Of a stretch of 64,000 nucleotides of DNA, positions 30,332 through 41,959 are shown piece by piece. The notes beneath the pieces are model-generated. The model was not told the origin of the DNA, made no database searches, and worked only from the letters and a program-made list of their open reading frames with translations. The stretch comes from an uncultured delta proteobacterium (GTDB lineage Bacteria; Desulfobacterota; Desulfobacteria; Desulfobacterales; Desulfatirhabdiaceae). The position numbers and the translations under genes were made by a program. The stretch covers positions 1-64,000 of the forward strand of contig CAWBKP010000014.1 in the NCBI GenBank assembly GCA_963789395.1, in the 5' to 3' direction. Position 1 is the stretch's first letter, and each line of letters opens with the position of its first letter.

Positions 30332-30943
30332 ATGGACAACAACGATAGGGATCAGATGCATGATCCATTGATGCTCAATAATACATCCGAATTGATGGAT
30401 CGACAATCCGTCCGGGCCACGTTCAGACTGTCGGCTGAATTCATCCAGGCCCTGAGCATCCTTTCCACTCATTTCGGAATTAAGCAGAAATCCCTTTTTG
30501 ACTACCTGCTGGAAGATACGGAATCGCTGCTGAGCCTGGCGCGCCTCAAACGGCCGCCCCCTGTTGAAAGAAAACACCGCATCCAGAAAACATTCGTGAT
30601 CAGCAGAAAATCCTTAATGTCATTGGATACGTTATCCAAAGAACTGGCCGTATCCCGAGACGATCTGGTTGAATACGCGATCCAGCGGCTCCTGCCCATT
30701 TTGTTAAAGGAACGCGAGCAGCAGAAACACCGTGAGGATGCGCTGTTTAAAATCAAGGCCCGTTTCGGTCAGTCTGCTGAATTCTTAAGTGAAATTGAGC
30801 ACATGGTGGGCAAAGAAGATCCGATTTACACGTTTCTCGAAGCGGTCATCGGATCGTATCGAACTGCGTTCACGGACATGGAGGGCATCATCGAAAAAGG
30901 AAAAAAAATAACCAAATTATCGCTGGAAAAATTTCGGCGATAA
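30332..30943 (+). CDS. Uncharacterised protein, predicted tandem ribbon-helix-helix DNA-binding regulator with a helical C-terminus
   Basis: Two RHH-like repeats: SVRATFRLSAEFIQALSILSTHFGIKQKSLFDYLL and RIQKTFVISRKSLMSLDTLSKELAVSRDDLVEYAIQRLL. Confidence 0.65.
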   Translation: MDNNDRDQMHDPLMLNNTSELMDRQSVRATFRLSAEFIQALSILSTHFGIKQKSLFDYLLEDTESLLSLARLKRPPPVERKHRIQKTFVISRKSLMSLDTLSKELAVSRDDLVEYAIQRLLPILLKEREQQKHREDALFKIKARFGQSAEFLSEIEHMVGKEDPIYTFLEAVIGSYRTAFTDMEGIIEKGKKITKLSLEKFRR

Positions 30944-31009
30944 TCGAAAAGGGTTGATTGAGTTAACAAAAGGCGGACACTGCCCGAAGAACTGTAAAGG
31001 AGGCGCCCT

Positions 31010-31702
31010 ATGGCAAAAAGCTATTTCGCAATTCTTGAGGTGACATCGAGTGCATCACCCGCTGAAGTTCGTTCAGCCTATCGACGATTGGCCAAGGCGT
31101 ACCACCCGGATTATTCCGGGGGAGACAGCAAACCGTTTCAACAGATCCAGGAAGCTTATGCTGTTCTTGGCGACCCCGCCAAACGCAAAGCCTATGAAAA
31201 CACCCTGTCATCCACCCGAATCCAAAGGACTGCCAGGCAATCGCCTTATCCGGAACCAGAGCCCCTAATTCCCCGAAAATGGCCTTTCGATCTGGGAGAA
31301 ATATCGCCGGTCTGCTCATTTGAAAGTTTTTCGCCTTCCTTTGATGAGATATCGGATTGGCTGTGGAGTAATTTTTCAAATGTCAGTCGCAACAAATCCG
31401 GGAGGGTTCACAATCTCACGATGGAAGTGCCCCTGACCCGGGAACAGGCGCTTGGCGGGGGAAATGCGACCGTGATGGTTCCGGCGCAATCGGTTTGCCC
31501 CGCCTGCCGGGGATTCGGCAGCATCGGTTACTACCACTGCCACCGGTGCGCCGGGGAAGGCGCCGTTTCAGGTGAAGTGCCGGTATCCATTTCCTTTCCG
31601 CCGGGCATCACGCAAAATCATTCCGTGCTCATTCCCCTGGAACGGTTTGGGATAAGAAACCTTTATCTTACAGTACTATTTCGTCCCGGAAATATCGGCT
31701 GA
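31010..31702 (+). CDS. J-domain (DnaJ-like) protein with a single zinc-finger pair
   Basis: AYRRLAKAYHPD; CPACRGFG and CHRCAGEG; 230 aa; AAGGAGG RBS. Confidence 0.88.
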   Translation: MAKSYFAILEVTSSASPAEVRSAYRRLAKAYHPDYSGGDSKPFQQIQEAYAVLGDPAKRKAYENTLSSTRIQRTARQSPYPEPEPLIPRKWPFDLGEISPVCSFESFSPSFDEISDWLWSNFSNVSRNKSGRVHNLTMEVPLTREQALGGGNATVMVPAQSVCPACRGFGSIGYYHCHRCAGEGAVSGEVPVSISFPPGITQNHSVLIPLERFGIRNLYLTVLFRPGNIG

Positions 31703-32124
31703 GAGGAAATAACAACAGGCCGGTCCGAGCTCCTTTGCCATGTATTTTTTTAGACACATTGACGCACCCTTTCAGCGCTTCTTGCTGAAATGGAAAAACC
31801 GTCTTTTCCCGGGAAGGGCTTAACTCCTTTTTTGCCCGCAACATCCAGAGGTTGTTCGGTTTTCGGGACATGAATCGCTTCAACGCGCTGTTCGAATATC
31901 TGTTGCGCCAGAGCAGAGATCAGTTTGAGGTGACCCGGACCGCTGCTGCATTTGGCATCATCCGCCCCTCGGATGAAAGCCACCTGCGGGTACTGGAGAT
32001 AAGCAATGCCGCTTGCCATGTATGTCAACCAAGACCTGACAGGAACCTCTTGAAAATTGCGAGCAGTGCGAGTAAGAAATATCTTAATAAGGTGAAATCA
32101 AACCAAGCAGAAAAGGAGGTTAGC

Positions 32125-33339
32125 ATGCTCTACAGAAAGATGCCCAAGAACGCGGATCAACTTTCCATACTGGGTTTCGGGTGCATGCGACTGCCTGTCA
32201 ATGAGGGGAAGATCGACGAATCGCGGGCTATCCGCCAGATCCGGTATGCCATCGACAAAGGCGTCAATTATGTGGACACCGCCTGGCCCTACCACGATGG
32301 CCAGAGCGAGGCGCTTCTTGGGAAGGCATTGATGGACGGATACCGGGATCGGGTCAAGATAGCCACCAAACTGCCGTCATGGATGGTTAAAGACCGTCAG
32401 GACATGGACCGCTACCTGGATGCCCAACGAGAACGGCTGGACACCGACCGCATCGACTACTATCTTCTGCATGCCCTGAACGGCGAATCCTGGGATACGC
32501 TCGAAAGGCTCGGCATCATCGATTTTATCGATCAGGCAAAAAAAGGCGGGCGTATCGTCAACGCCGGCTTTTCCTTTCACGGATTGGCCGAGGATTTCAA
32601 AAAAATCGTCGATGCATACCCTTGGGAATTCTGCCAGATCCAATACAATTATCTTGACCGGGAAAACCAGGCCGGCATCAAGGGACTGAAATATGCCGCC
32701 GAAAAAAATCTGGGCGTGATCGTCATGGAACCGCTGCGCGGCGGAAACCTGGGACTTGCGACTGCACCGCCCGCTATCGCGGCCATCTGGGATAAGGCGA
32801 AAACGCGCCGCACCCCGGCGGAATGGGCGCTTCGCTGGGTATGGAACCACCCGGAGGTCACCGTGGTTCTCTCCGGAATGAACGAGGAGACGCATATCGA
32901 GGAAAACCTTGCCATTGCAGGAGGTGCCCGCGCCAATACCCTGACCCGTGAAGAGCTGGAACTGGTGGATCAGGTCAGCCGGAAATATCAGGGTTTGATG
33001 AAAGTCGGCTGCACCGGCTGCGGATACTGCATGCCCTGCCCATCGGGGGTCTGGATCCCCGGCTGTTTCGAGACTTACAACAAAATGCACATGTTCGGCG
33101 AAACAGAAATGGTAAAGTTCAGCTACGCACTTCGGATGAGCGGCATACTGGCTGATGGCGAACCGAGATATGCTTCCCAGTGCATCGAATGCGGGGAATG
33201 CCTGGAAAAATGTCCCCAGCAGATCCCGATCCCGGATTTTCTAAAAGATGTTGTCGCCGAGATGGAAGGGCCGGAGATGGAAAAGCGTCTGGCCATCGCC
33301 CGGGAAAAGTTTCAGGAAGGGCTAAAATTGGCATGTTGA
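32125..33339 (+). CDS. Aldo/keto reductase with a C-terminal 4Fe-4S dicluster domain
   Basis: LGFGCMRLP, YVDTAWPYH, IATKLP, VMEPLRGG, CTGCGYCMPCP, CIECGECLEKCP; AAGGAGG RBS before ATG 32125. Confidence 0.92.
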   Translation: MLYRKMPKNADQLSILGFGCMRLPVNEGKIDESRAIRQIRYAIDKGVNYVDTAWPYHDGQSEALLGKALMDGYRDRVKIATKLPSWMVKDRQDMDRYLDAQRERLDTDRIDYYLLHALNGESWDTLERLGIIDFIDQAKKGGRIVNAGFSFHGLAEDFKKIVDAYPWEFCQIQYNYLDRENQAGIKGLKYAAEKNLGVIVMEPLRGGNLGLATAPPAIAAIWDKAKTRRTPAEWALRWVWNHPEVTVVLSGMNEETHIEENLAIAGGARANTLTREELELVDQVSRKYQGLMKVGCTGCGYCMPCPSGVWIPGCFETYNKMHMFGETEMVKFSYALRMSGILADGEPRYASQCIECGECLEKCPQQIPIPDFLKDVVAEMEGPEMEKRLAIAREKFQEGLKLAC

Positions 33340-33919
33340 CCGGTTTACGGCTTTTTTTCACGGAAGGACGTAATTAAATCCCGAAAGATGGAATTCAGCG
33401 TTTTGGAAGCGTTGTCGAAGGTGGTAAAGGCGTCGGTTCCTCTCTGTTTCGGGTGGCAAACACGTTCGAAGAACTGATCTGAAAAATAGTTATCTGAAAC
33501 TTAAGTATTCAAAAGGCAGTTTTCTTAAAAATACCAGAAAGATGCATGAAAAAAAATCTGAAATAAATGCTTTTTGTTATGAGCAAGAATTCTTAACCGC
33601 ACCCCCCAAAACTGCGGGGAACCCCTTTTTTATCTTCCCCGCATTATCCCCCCCGATTTCCGAATAACCATGTTCGACAATCAGATGCCGACGTTTATGG
33701 TGGGTGATATCTGAAAGGGATTGCCGCTAGACTTTGCTTTCACCATCGGACACCAGTAACTCCCGCCCCATTTTATTCAACAGTCCAGGACGGAGATGAG
33801 TGTTCTTTTTGTAACCTGCAGTCAGCGCCAGTTCAAGAAAGAATCCACCAATTGCTGCCGACTCAGGAAAGGCTGGCATCAATGATAATCTGAAATCAAG
33901 CCATTAATGAAGATTATGA

Positions 33920-33935
33920 TGGTATGGAATATGCA
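33920..33935 (+). promoter_or_regulatory. Putative sigma-54 (-24/-12) promoter
   Basis: TGGTATG-GAAT-ATGCA (GG-N10-GC). Confidence 0.45.
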
Positions 33936-34265
33936 TAATATAGATGGAATTTAGCGGCGATTCTGCCTATACCGCATAGCCTGGAAGCCTTTGCTTGAAA
34001 CGTTCTGCATAAATGACCATTTGAGCCTCCCATGCTTTCATGGTTGATTCCATCTGTCTCAGAGGTTTTAACCAAGTTAATCAGACCACAGGTGGCACAT
34101 TTTTCAGTTCCACTAACAGCATCGTCCTAAATGGAAGAACCGTGACAAAAAATGACGGAATCCTTACAATTTGCAGCAGAATTGGCGCCGTTGCATTGAA
34201 TACGCCGACACACATCGGGATATGGCGTAAAATAAGGGATTGAACGGCAAATAAGGAGTGTCGCA

Positions 34266-36279
34266 TTGACTGACAATAAAACGCGTTTAGACTTGCCGGT
34301 CGATTCTTCAACGGATACGGAAGGCTCAGGGCAGGAGAAACAGGATGGTTCGCCGGGGCGCTACTCCGAGATTTATGACATGGCACCGGTGGGCCATTGC
34401 ACGGTCAGCGAAAAGGGGCTGATCCTGGAGGCAGATTCCGCAGCTGCAGCTTTTGTTGGCGTTCCCGCTGGCTTTCTGTTCAAACAGCCGATCACACGGT
34501 TCCTTCCCAAGGAAGACCAGGATATCTACTACCGGTACCGCAAACAACTCTGTGAAACCGGTACACTACAGGCGTGCGAGTTGCGGATGCTGCGCCAGGA
34601 TGGATCATTCTTCTGGGTACGGCTGGATGCCACTGCGGTGAAAGACGCCGTCGGTTCTTGCGTTTACCGCATTGTGTTGAGAGATATAACCGTGCGCAAG
34701 CAAGCGGGGCAGATGGAGGCACTTCGGACCCAGAATGAGATACACAGTCAAGTTTTAAACAGCCTTGATGTCATCATATACGTGGTTGATATCAAAACCA
34801 ATGAGATAGTTTTCATTAACACATACGGGCGAAATCTATGGGATGTTATAAAGGGTAAAAACTATTGGCAGAGGCCATATCCAGGCCACGCAAGCCCGAT
34901 TGAATACAGCACAAACAGCAGACTCATCGGTCCTGATGGGAATCCGGCAGAAGGTATTGTCTGGGAATTTCAAGACACCGACAAAGAACGGTGGTACGAT
35001 TGTCGGAGCAGGAGTATTTATTGGCCTGACGGTCGCATTGTTCGCATGGAAATTGTTACTGACATTACCGATCGCAAGCGGTATGAAGCGGAAAAGGAGG
35101 AAATCGCTGTCCGGAAAAGGCAGCTTCAAAAGGCTGAAAGCCTGGGTCGTATGGCCGGGGCTATTTCCCACCATTTCAACAACCAGCTCCAGGTTGTGAT
35201 GGGGAACCTGGAAATGGTAATTAACAACCTGCCGATGGGTGTGAGTCCGGCAGAGAGCCTTGCCTCAGCGATGCAGGCGGCTCTCAAGGCTGCGGAGGTG
35301 AGCGGTCTGATGCTGACCTATATCGGACAAGCGTCCGGTATCCATGAACCCATAGACTTGTCAGTAGCATGCCGCAGAAGCCTCGCGCTGCTTCAGGCCA
35401 CAGCCCCTAAAAACATGACCATTAAGGCTGTTTTCCCCTCATCCGGTCCGATCATCCGTGCGAACGCAGGCCAGATACAGCAGGTTCTGACCAACCTGCT
35501 CGCCAATGCCTGGGAAGCCTCCGCCGGGATAAATGGAGCCATTATCCTGACCGTAAAAACGGTTTATGCAGCGGACATACCCGCTTCGGCACGTTTTCCG
35601 GTCGACTGGAAGCCCGTGGATCCTGCATATGCGTGTCTGGAAGTGGCGGATTCTGGCTGCGGTATCGCGAGAAAAGGATTTCGGACAAATCTTTGATCCG
35701 TTTTTCTCCACCAAGTTTTCGGGACGCGGACTGGGGTTGCCCGTGGTTCTGGGGATCATGCGTGCACACAACGGAGCTGTCACGGTGGAGAGCAAACCAG
35801 AACGAGGGAGTATTTTTCGGGTCTTTTTCCCGGTATTGACTGAGAAAATCCCCAGTCGTCCATATAAATCGGCCCAAACCCCGGATATTGAAGCGGAAGG
35901 AACGGTGCTGCTGGTCGAAGACGTGGCGGCAGTGCGCGAAATCGGCGCGTCAATGATCATGCAACTGGGCTTCAGGGTGCTTGAAGCCGGAGATGGCGTT
36001 GAGGCGGTGGAAGTGTTCCGGCAGCATCAGGATGAGATCTGCTGCGTCGTTTGCGATTTATCCATGCCGCGTATGAACGGCTGGGAAACACTGGCGGCCC
36101 TTCGCAGCCTGTCGCCCGGCATTCCGTTTGTCCTTTCCAGTGGATACAACAAGGAACAGGCCACGGCCGGCAATCATGCCGAATGGCCGCAGGCATTTCT
36201 GGGGAAACCCTACCAGCTTAAGGACTTGAGCGATTCGATTCGCAGCGCACTGTCAAATACGGCTGAATGCATAAAATAA
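34266..36279 (+). CDS. PAS-domain hybrid sensor histidine kinase/receiver; frameshift near 35675
   Basis: Two PAS/PAC regions, H-box SHHFNNQL, N-box NLLANA, DSGCG; then FDPFFSTKF, GRGLGL and a receiver domain (CDLSMP) in the next frame. Confidence 0.88.
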
Positions 36280-36354
36280 GTGTCCCGCAAATAAACGGGC
36301 CACCAATTGCACGCCTTCCCCGAAAATATAAAATTGCGTGAGCAGTTTCCGCCC

Positions 36355-37524
36355 TTATCCAGCGGATCCCCTCAGTCTCGGGGGTAAAATAAAGACTTTC
36401 CGAAGGCCTTCTTCAAGGGCAATGGCTTCTTCCGGACAGAAACGGGCACAGACACCGCACCCGAAGCAGGCAGTGGCATCCCGGACAGCTTTGCCGTCAT
36501 CATCCAGCCGGATCGCCTCGGTGGGGCAGCGGTCGACGCAGGTGCCGCATCCGGTGCAAATTTTCCGGTCGATCCGTGAGAGATAGGAAGTGGCATTGAC
36601 CAGCGGGAACCCCCCTTCCCGCCAGGTGCGAAGGGTGTCGCAGCAGTCTTTGCAACAGTTGCAGATACTGGTTTCGGGCCGGTCCACCTTGGAATTGGGA
36701 TGAAAGGCCTTATGCACCAGGCCGGCTGTTTCAGCCTCGCGCATGATCCGCAGCGCCTCTTTCCTGGTAATCATCCGGGCAAACCCCTGGGATGCGGTAT
36801 GACGGGCGGACTTTCCGAAGGTGAAGCAGTTTTCCAGGGGAGCGTCCGTAGCGCAGGGTTCTCCGAGCAGGGCCCTGCGCTGACGGCAGAAGCAATGTCC
36901 CACGGCGATTTCATCGAATTTTTCGATGATTTCATCGATGGACTGGCTGGGAAGAACGGTTTCCCCGGCACCCTCTATGTTTTTATTTACCGGAATGACC
37001 CGGATGGTCTTTCCGTCTTCCGTGATACGCGCCGGAACGGTCCGGTCAATCGGGGGGGATATGTTGAAGATGGGCACGAACGCATCGTAGTTTTCTTGAA
37101 CCTGGTCCCTGACATCGTCCATCAGTCGTTGAAACAGAACGGCCAGTTCCTTTTCCCTGTCATTCCACTGAAGCGGCCCCATGAAGGTATATTCCATCAG
37201 GCCGACCATCATGAGGGGAAGGAGTCGGTAAACCATGGTGCCGCCGGTATTGGGCTGATTGAAGAGCAGCCCCTTTCTGGCAAGGCTGTTGGTAAGTTTG
37301 ACAACGGTCTCTTCCGGCATCCCGCTGGAATCCATCAGTTCGGCAAGTGTTTGAGAAGCCTTTTTGTCAAATTCGGCAATAAGATCAAGTTCGGCGCCCA
37401 CATCCCCCACCGCCCGCCTGAGGATGGTCAGGGTCGTTTCATTGACCGGAAACGGGAAAATCCCCTGCCTGCAGATGACACTTGCCGCTTTTTCGTACTT
37501 TGATTGCAGTGAATCACCAATCAC
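36355..37524 (-). CDS. 4Fe-4S dicluster domain-containing protein
   Basis: CFCR, ICNCCKDCC, CTGCGTCVDRCP, CFGCGVCARFCP. Confidence 0.85.
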   Translation of the reverse strand: MIGDSLQSKYEKAASVICRQGIFPFPVNETTLTILRRAVGDVGAELDLIAEFDKKASQTLAELMDSSGMPEETVVKLTNSLARKGLLFNQPNTGGTMVYRLLPLMMVGLMEYTFMGPLQWNDREKELAVLFQRLMDDVRDQVQENYDAFVPIFNISPPIDRTVPARITEDGKTIRVIPVNKNIEGAGETVLPSQSIDEIIEKFDEIAVGHCFCRQRRALLGEPCATDAPLENCFTFGKSARHTASQGFARMITRKEALRIMREAETAGLVHKAFHPNSKVDRPETSICNCCKDCCDTLRTWREGGFPLVNATSYLSRIDRKICTGCGTCVDRCPTEAIRLDDDGKAVRDATACFGCGVCARFCPEEAIALEEGLRKVFILPPRLRGSAG

Positions 37525-37654
37525 GGTTATTCTCCTTTTTGACCCTGCTGGTTACCTTTTCCAGCGAATCTTTGCCACAAAATCGAAACGAAGGTGAAAG
37601 GCAGTGTGCTGATTTTATAGATTATCACATATGACAGGGCATAGTCAGTAACAT

Positions 37655-38968
37655 TTATGGGTGTGAAACAGGCGAATCGGCTTTCCTGATCCACCAGAGC
37701 AGGATCCGAAGCGTTGCCGTGGATGCCAGACTGCCCAGGCACAGCCCGATGCCGCCGATGAGATTCCCATCAAATCCCAGTGTCAACAACACACTGCCGG
37801 TCAATAATATGGTGGCCATAAACATTGCCTGACCCGCAACAACGACTATCGGCTTTCCAGCCAGACCGGCAAGTCCTTCGCCCTGTGCCCTCACCGCCAC
37901 GCATACCGGATACAGGGCCAAGGCCAGGGCTGCAACCCGGACCAGCGGCAGGTTTACTGGATCGAGATTCTGAAGCCTGACGTAATACAGTTCGGACAAT
38001 CCCGGCAGAATGAACATCAAGGGAAGCAATCCCAAAACAGCTCCAGCAGCCACGGCAAATCCAAGGGTCCGGCGATCCTGATCAGTTGCCGGCGGGAATG
38101 CAAGCACCACTTCCAGTACCCGTGTAGCGCCATAGGCAACCGGCGTGGCAAGCCCGAGGGCCAGGTAATAGGCCGGCAGCATGCGTTCCGGGCTTGCAGC
38201 ATGTGCGATGAATGCCCCAAGCAGGATGGATGACAGGGAAAGCAGATACCCCCCGATGGACAGGGGAAGGTTGAATAAAAAAATTTCCATTTTCGTCGGC
38301 ACGGTTTCAGAAGCCTCCAGGCGTGCCAGATACGGCCTGGCCAGCCAGGCGGAAGCCGCAACCTCCAGGGCAACGGGAAAACTCAGACAGACCACCGCCC
38401 AGAGGGGTCCGACGGCTCCTGCCAAACAAAACAAGGGGGACAGGGTTGCTGTCAATAGTATCCGCAGAATGGTTGCCAGGCTGGCCTTTCCCGTGGCTCG
38501 GGCATTATACATGGCCACCTGAAAGGGGATTCTGATGAAAAACAGAAATTGAAGCGGAACAGTGGCCAACAACGTCATCGCGGCCGGATGTTCGATGGAG
38601 GGCGGCAGTCCGATCAGCCGACCTAAAAGCAGATGGGCAACCTGGGGCACGCACAGCACCCCCTGAACCAATGTGACCAGCAGGCCGAGGCTCAGTGTGA
38701 CGGCCCGAAACTGGCGATACCCGTGTCGGGTCCTGCCAAACACCATACCGGCAGTAACCAGACCGAACCCGAAGGTTCCCAGCATGTACATCAACGTGTT
38801 GGACTGTGCCAGACCTGCCAGATTCAGCGGACCGCCGTCCCCTCGGGAGGCTACCATGGCTACCAGTGGATAGGTCAGCCCCTGCGAAGCAGCCTGAAGA
38901 GCCAGCGGGGCAAAAAACCGGGTATAAGACAACAGGTTCGGGGCGATTGCAGTGTGGTCGGTCATCAT
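37655..38968 (-). CDS. Multi-pass membrane protein, MATE/MOP-flippase-like
   Basis: About 12 hydrophobic segments in two similar halves (FFAPLAL... / FNLPLSI...). Confidence 0.6.
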   Translation of the reverse strand: MMTDHTAIAPNLLSYTRFFAPLALQAASQGLTYPLVAMVASRGDGGPLNLAGLAQSNTLMYMLGTFGFGLVTAGMVFGRTRHGYRQFRAVTLSLGLLVTLVQGVLCVPQVAHLLLGRLIGLPPSIEHPAAMTLLATVPLQFLFFIRIPFQVAMYNARATGKASLATILRILLTATLSPLFCLAGAVGPLWAVVCLSFPVALEVAASAWLARPYLARLEASETVPTKMEIFLFNLPLSIGGYLLSLSSILLGAFIAHAASPERMLPAYYLALGLATPVAYGATRVLEVVLAFPPATDQDRRTLGFAVAAGAVLGLLPLMFILPGLSELYYVRLQNLDPVNLPLVRVAALALALYPVCVAVRAQGEGLAGLAGKPIVVVAGQAMFMATILLTGSVLLTLGFDGNLIGGIGLCLGSLASTATLRILLWWIRKADSPVSHP

Positions 38969-39102
38969 ATCGGGACGAAGTTTTCTTTAAAGAAATTATT
39001 TTTGGAGTCCGTCACTCGTAAATAAAAAACCGGTTGCGTATTGAATTTAATACAGAACGAAACAGGACCAAACGGCTGGCGGTTCAAAGAGGAGAATTTT
39101 GA

Positions 39103-39180
<78 letters not shown>

Positions 39181-39486
39181 TTAGATTTAATTTTATTTAT
39201 CTATCATGGTTTTTGGGATCAGGCAAGACATAAACTTTTTGGCCATTTTTATTCATCAACATTAACTTAACGCTTTACACCCTCAGATGAACAACTCCCC
39301 TGTCTTTTGTCAAGACATGGCAAATAGTTACAAATCATTCGAACATATTGACATTACAAGACGTTTTTCAATTATACTTGACATGGTATGCATTTTAGAT
39401 TATTATATATAGATTTTACTGGAATAAATAATTGATTGTAATTGGTTTATTCATACTATCATTTAGCCGGGCTGTGAAACCCATTG

Positions 39487-39573
39487 GCGAGAGTGGCGGA
39501 ACTGGCAGACGCACTGGACTTAGGATCCAGCTCTGGAAACAGAATGGGAGTTCAAATCTCCCCTCTCGCACCA
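39487..39573 (+). tRNA. tRNA-Leu(TAG)
   Basis: gcgagag...ctggactTAGgatccag, long variable arm, ends in acca; upstream of tig. Confidence 0.96.
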
Positions 39574-39765
39574 GATTACCCAATCCCCCGTCCTCTTCTG
39601 TCAACAATATAAAGCCGTCTTGGCCGGGGCAGAGACGGAATCTGCATGGACTCATGACAACCAACTCCAAAAACTTCCAAAGGATAGATTTAATATACTG
39701 ATTTATGTCAAACGGATGGAAGGAAAATCCGTTAAAACTGCTTAAAGAGAAATGGAAACAATCTA

Positions 39766-41095
39766 ATGAAATTTACGGTAGAAGACGCCAGTTCTGTTAA
39801 AAAAGTACTTCATATTGAAATCCCCCAGGATGCGGTGGCTAAAGAAATTGAGAGTGCTTTCAAAGAATTGAATAAAACCGCCAAAGTTAAAGGATTTCGC
39901 CCGGGAAAAGTGCCAAGATCGGTTCTTGAAAGGCTCTACAAAAAAGATGTTTATGAAGATGTGACAAGTCAGCTGATCAAGAGTTCTTTTGCGGATGCCG
40001 TTACCCAGTCCGGCTTGAACCCGTTGCGGCACCCGGACATTGATCCGCCGGCGCTCACCGCAGACAGTGCTTATCTGTACAGCGCAACCATTGAGATTAA
40101 TCCTGAAATTCCTGATATCGATTTTAAGGGCCTTACCCTCAAAAAAACGCTCTACAAGCCTTCTGATGACGAACTTTCCGCTCAGTTGAAAATGCTCCAG
40201 AAAAATCTTTCGGAACGCAAACCGGTTGAACCCGTACGCGCTTGCCAGGACGGCGACTTTGTCATTTTGGACTACGAAGGATTTAAAGACGGAGCCCCCC
40301 ATCCAGACCTTCAGAAAACTGAAAACATGACCTTGAAAATCGGAACAGCGAAAATTTCCAAAGACTTCGATGCACAAATCATCGGTATGATGCCGGGTGA
40401 TCACAAAGATTTTTCGATTCAATTTCCCGACGACTATCCTAACGCCGATCTTGCTGGCCAGGAAGCGGCGTTTCATGTTCATCTTCATGAAATCCGCGAA
40501 GAGATTCTTCCGGAAATCAATGACGAGTTCGCCAAGAGACTGGGGCCTTTTCAATACCATTGAAGATGTGAAAACAGCCATCACAGGCAACCTGCAGCAA
40601 GGCTACAACAAGCGCACGGAGCAGGAAATCAATGAACAGATTTTTTCAGCATTGATTGAAAAAGCGCCGTTTGAAGCTCCCGATACCTTGATCGACTGGG
40701 AACTTGCCGGCATTATTCGCGAAGTCGAACGGTCATTTGAACATCAGCAGGTCAAGATGGAAACCCTTGGCATGACCCACGAATCGCTGGCCACAACCTA
40801 TCGCGATACTGCCGAAAAGCAGGTTCGCAGGCATCTGATTCTGGGGAAAATCATTTCTCAGGAAAAATTGACACTTGCCGATACCGACCTGACCCAAGCA
40901 TTGCAGGATATGGCATCTTCTTATGGCAGGCCAGTAGATGAAATAAGATCGTATTACGACCAGCATCCCGATGACCTTGCCTTTTTCAAACATACGCTCC
41001 TTGAAAAACAGGCAATCAAGCTTATCATTGATAACAGTAAGATTGAAGAAATTGAACCCGTTCCGGAAGATCAGGCTGCTTCCATTCCTGAATAA
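39766..41095 (+). CDS. tig: Trigger factor; frameshift near 40550
   Basis: KGFRPGKVP ribosome-binding loop and FKBP domain; C-terminus in ORF 40397-41095; synteny with clpP. Confidence 0.93.
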
Positions 41096-41343
41096 CGGCT
41101 TTTGGTACGACAATTGCTTATCATACGAAAAGATGGCATTTTATAAGCTGCCGGCTATTTTTGATTCCGTCTTTACTATTCTAAGGTTGTTTCACAGCAG
41201 CCCGGAAGCGCCAATACCCAAAGGCAGCGAAGACCTCGTCTTCAGGGGTAACGCAGCAACGAAACAATTCATTACTTGATGGACTTTATCAAAGTCCGAC
41301 TTCGGGCAACATTTTCCATGTTGTCATCAAAAGGAGAACTTCA

Positions 41344-41958
41344 GTGCCATTAATACCCATGGTCATTGAACAGAGCAGTCGTGGAGAGCGCGCATACGAC
41401 ATTTATTCGCGGCTTCTTAAAGACAGAATCATATTTCTGGGAACTCCCATTAACGATGAGGTTGCCAATCTGCTGATCGCCCAGCTGCTTTTTCTGGAAT
41501 CGGAAGATCCTGGAAAAGAAATCAACTTCTACATCAATTCACCCGGTGGTTCTGTAACGGCCGGACTGGCTGTTTATGATACCATGCAGTACATCAAGCC
41601 GGATATCACAACCGTATGCATCGGCCAGGCAGCCAGCATGGGGGCTTTGCTGCTGGCGGCCGGTACAAAGACCAAGCGCTACTCGCTCCCGAATTCCAGG
41701 ATCATGATTCACCAGCCCATGGGCGGCTCTCAGGGGCAGGCATCGGATATCGCCATTCAGGCTAAGGAAATCCTGCGGCTGAAGGACACGTTGAACGACA
41801 TTCTGGCGTTCCATACCGGAAGGGATCTGCAGCAGATTCAAAAAGATACGGATCGTGATTTTTTCATGTCCGGCCAGGAATCCAAAGAATACGGACTCAT
41901 CGATCATGTCATCGCCAATCGGGATGATCTGGATCGACTGGCCAATACGGAGGTATAA
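41344..41958 (+). CDS. clpP: ATP-dependent Clp protease proteolytic subunit
   Basis: [32 protein letters not shown]. Confidence 0.98.
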   Translation: MPLIPMVIEQSSRGERAYDIYSRLLKDRIIFLGTPINDEVANLLIAQLLFLESEDPGKEINFYINSPGGSVTAGLAVYDTMQYIKPDITTVCIGQAASMGALLLAAGTKTKRYSLPNSRIMIHQPMGGSQGQASDIAIQAKEILRLKDTLNDILAFHTGRDLQQIQKDTDRDFFMSGQESKEYGLIDHVIANRDDLDRLANTEV

Positions 41959-41959
41959 C

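Noticed and set aside
31852..32124. N-terminal extension of the aldo/keto reductase ORF
   Set aside because: A strong RBS and a family-typical start lie at 32125; the upstream part is probably intergenic or an unidentifiable remnant
40540..40563. Programmed frameshifting in tig (also murA and qrcC)
   Set aside because: There is no canonical slippery heptamer with a stimulator, and single-base indel errors explain the breaks
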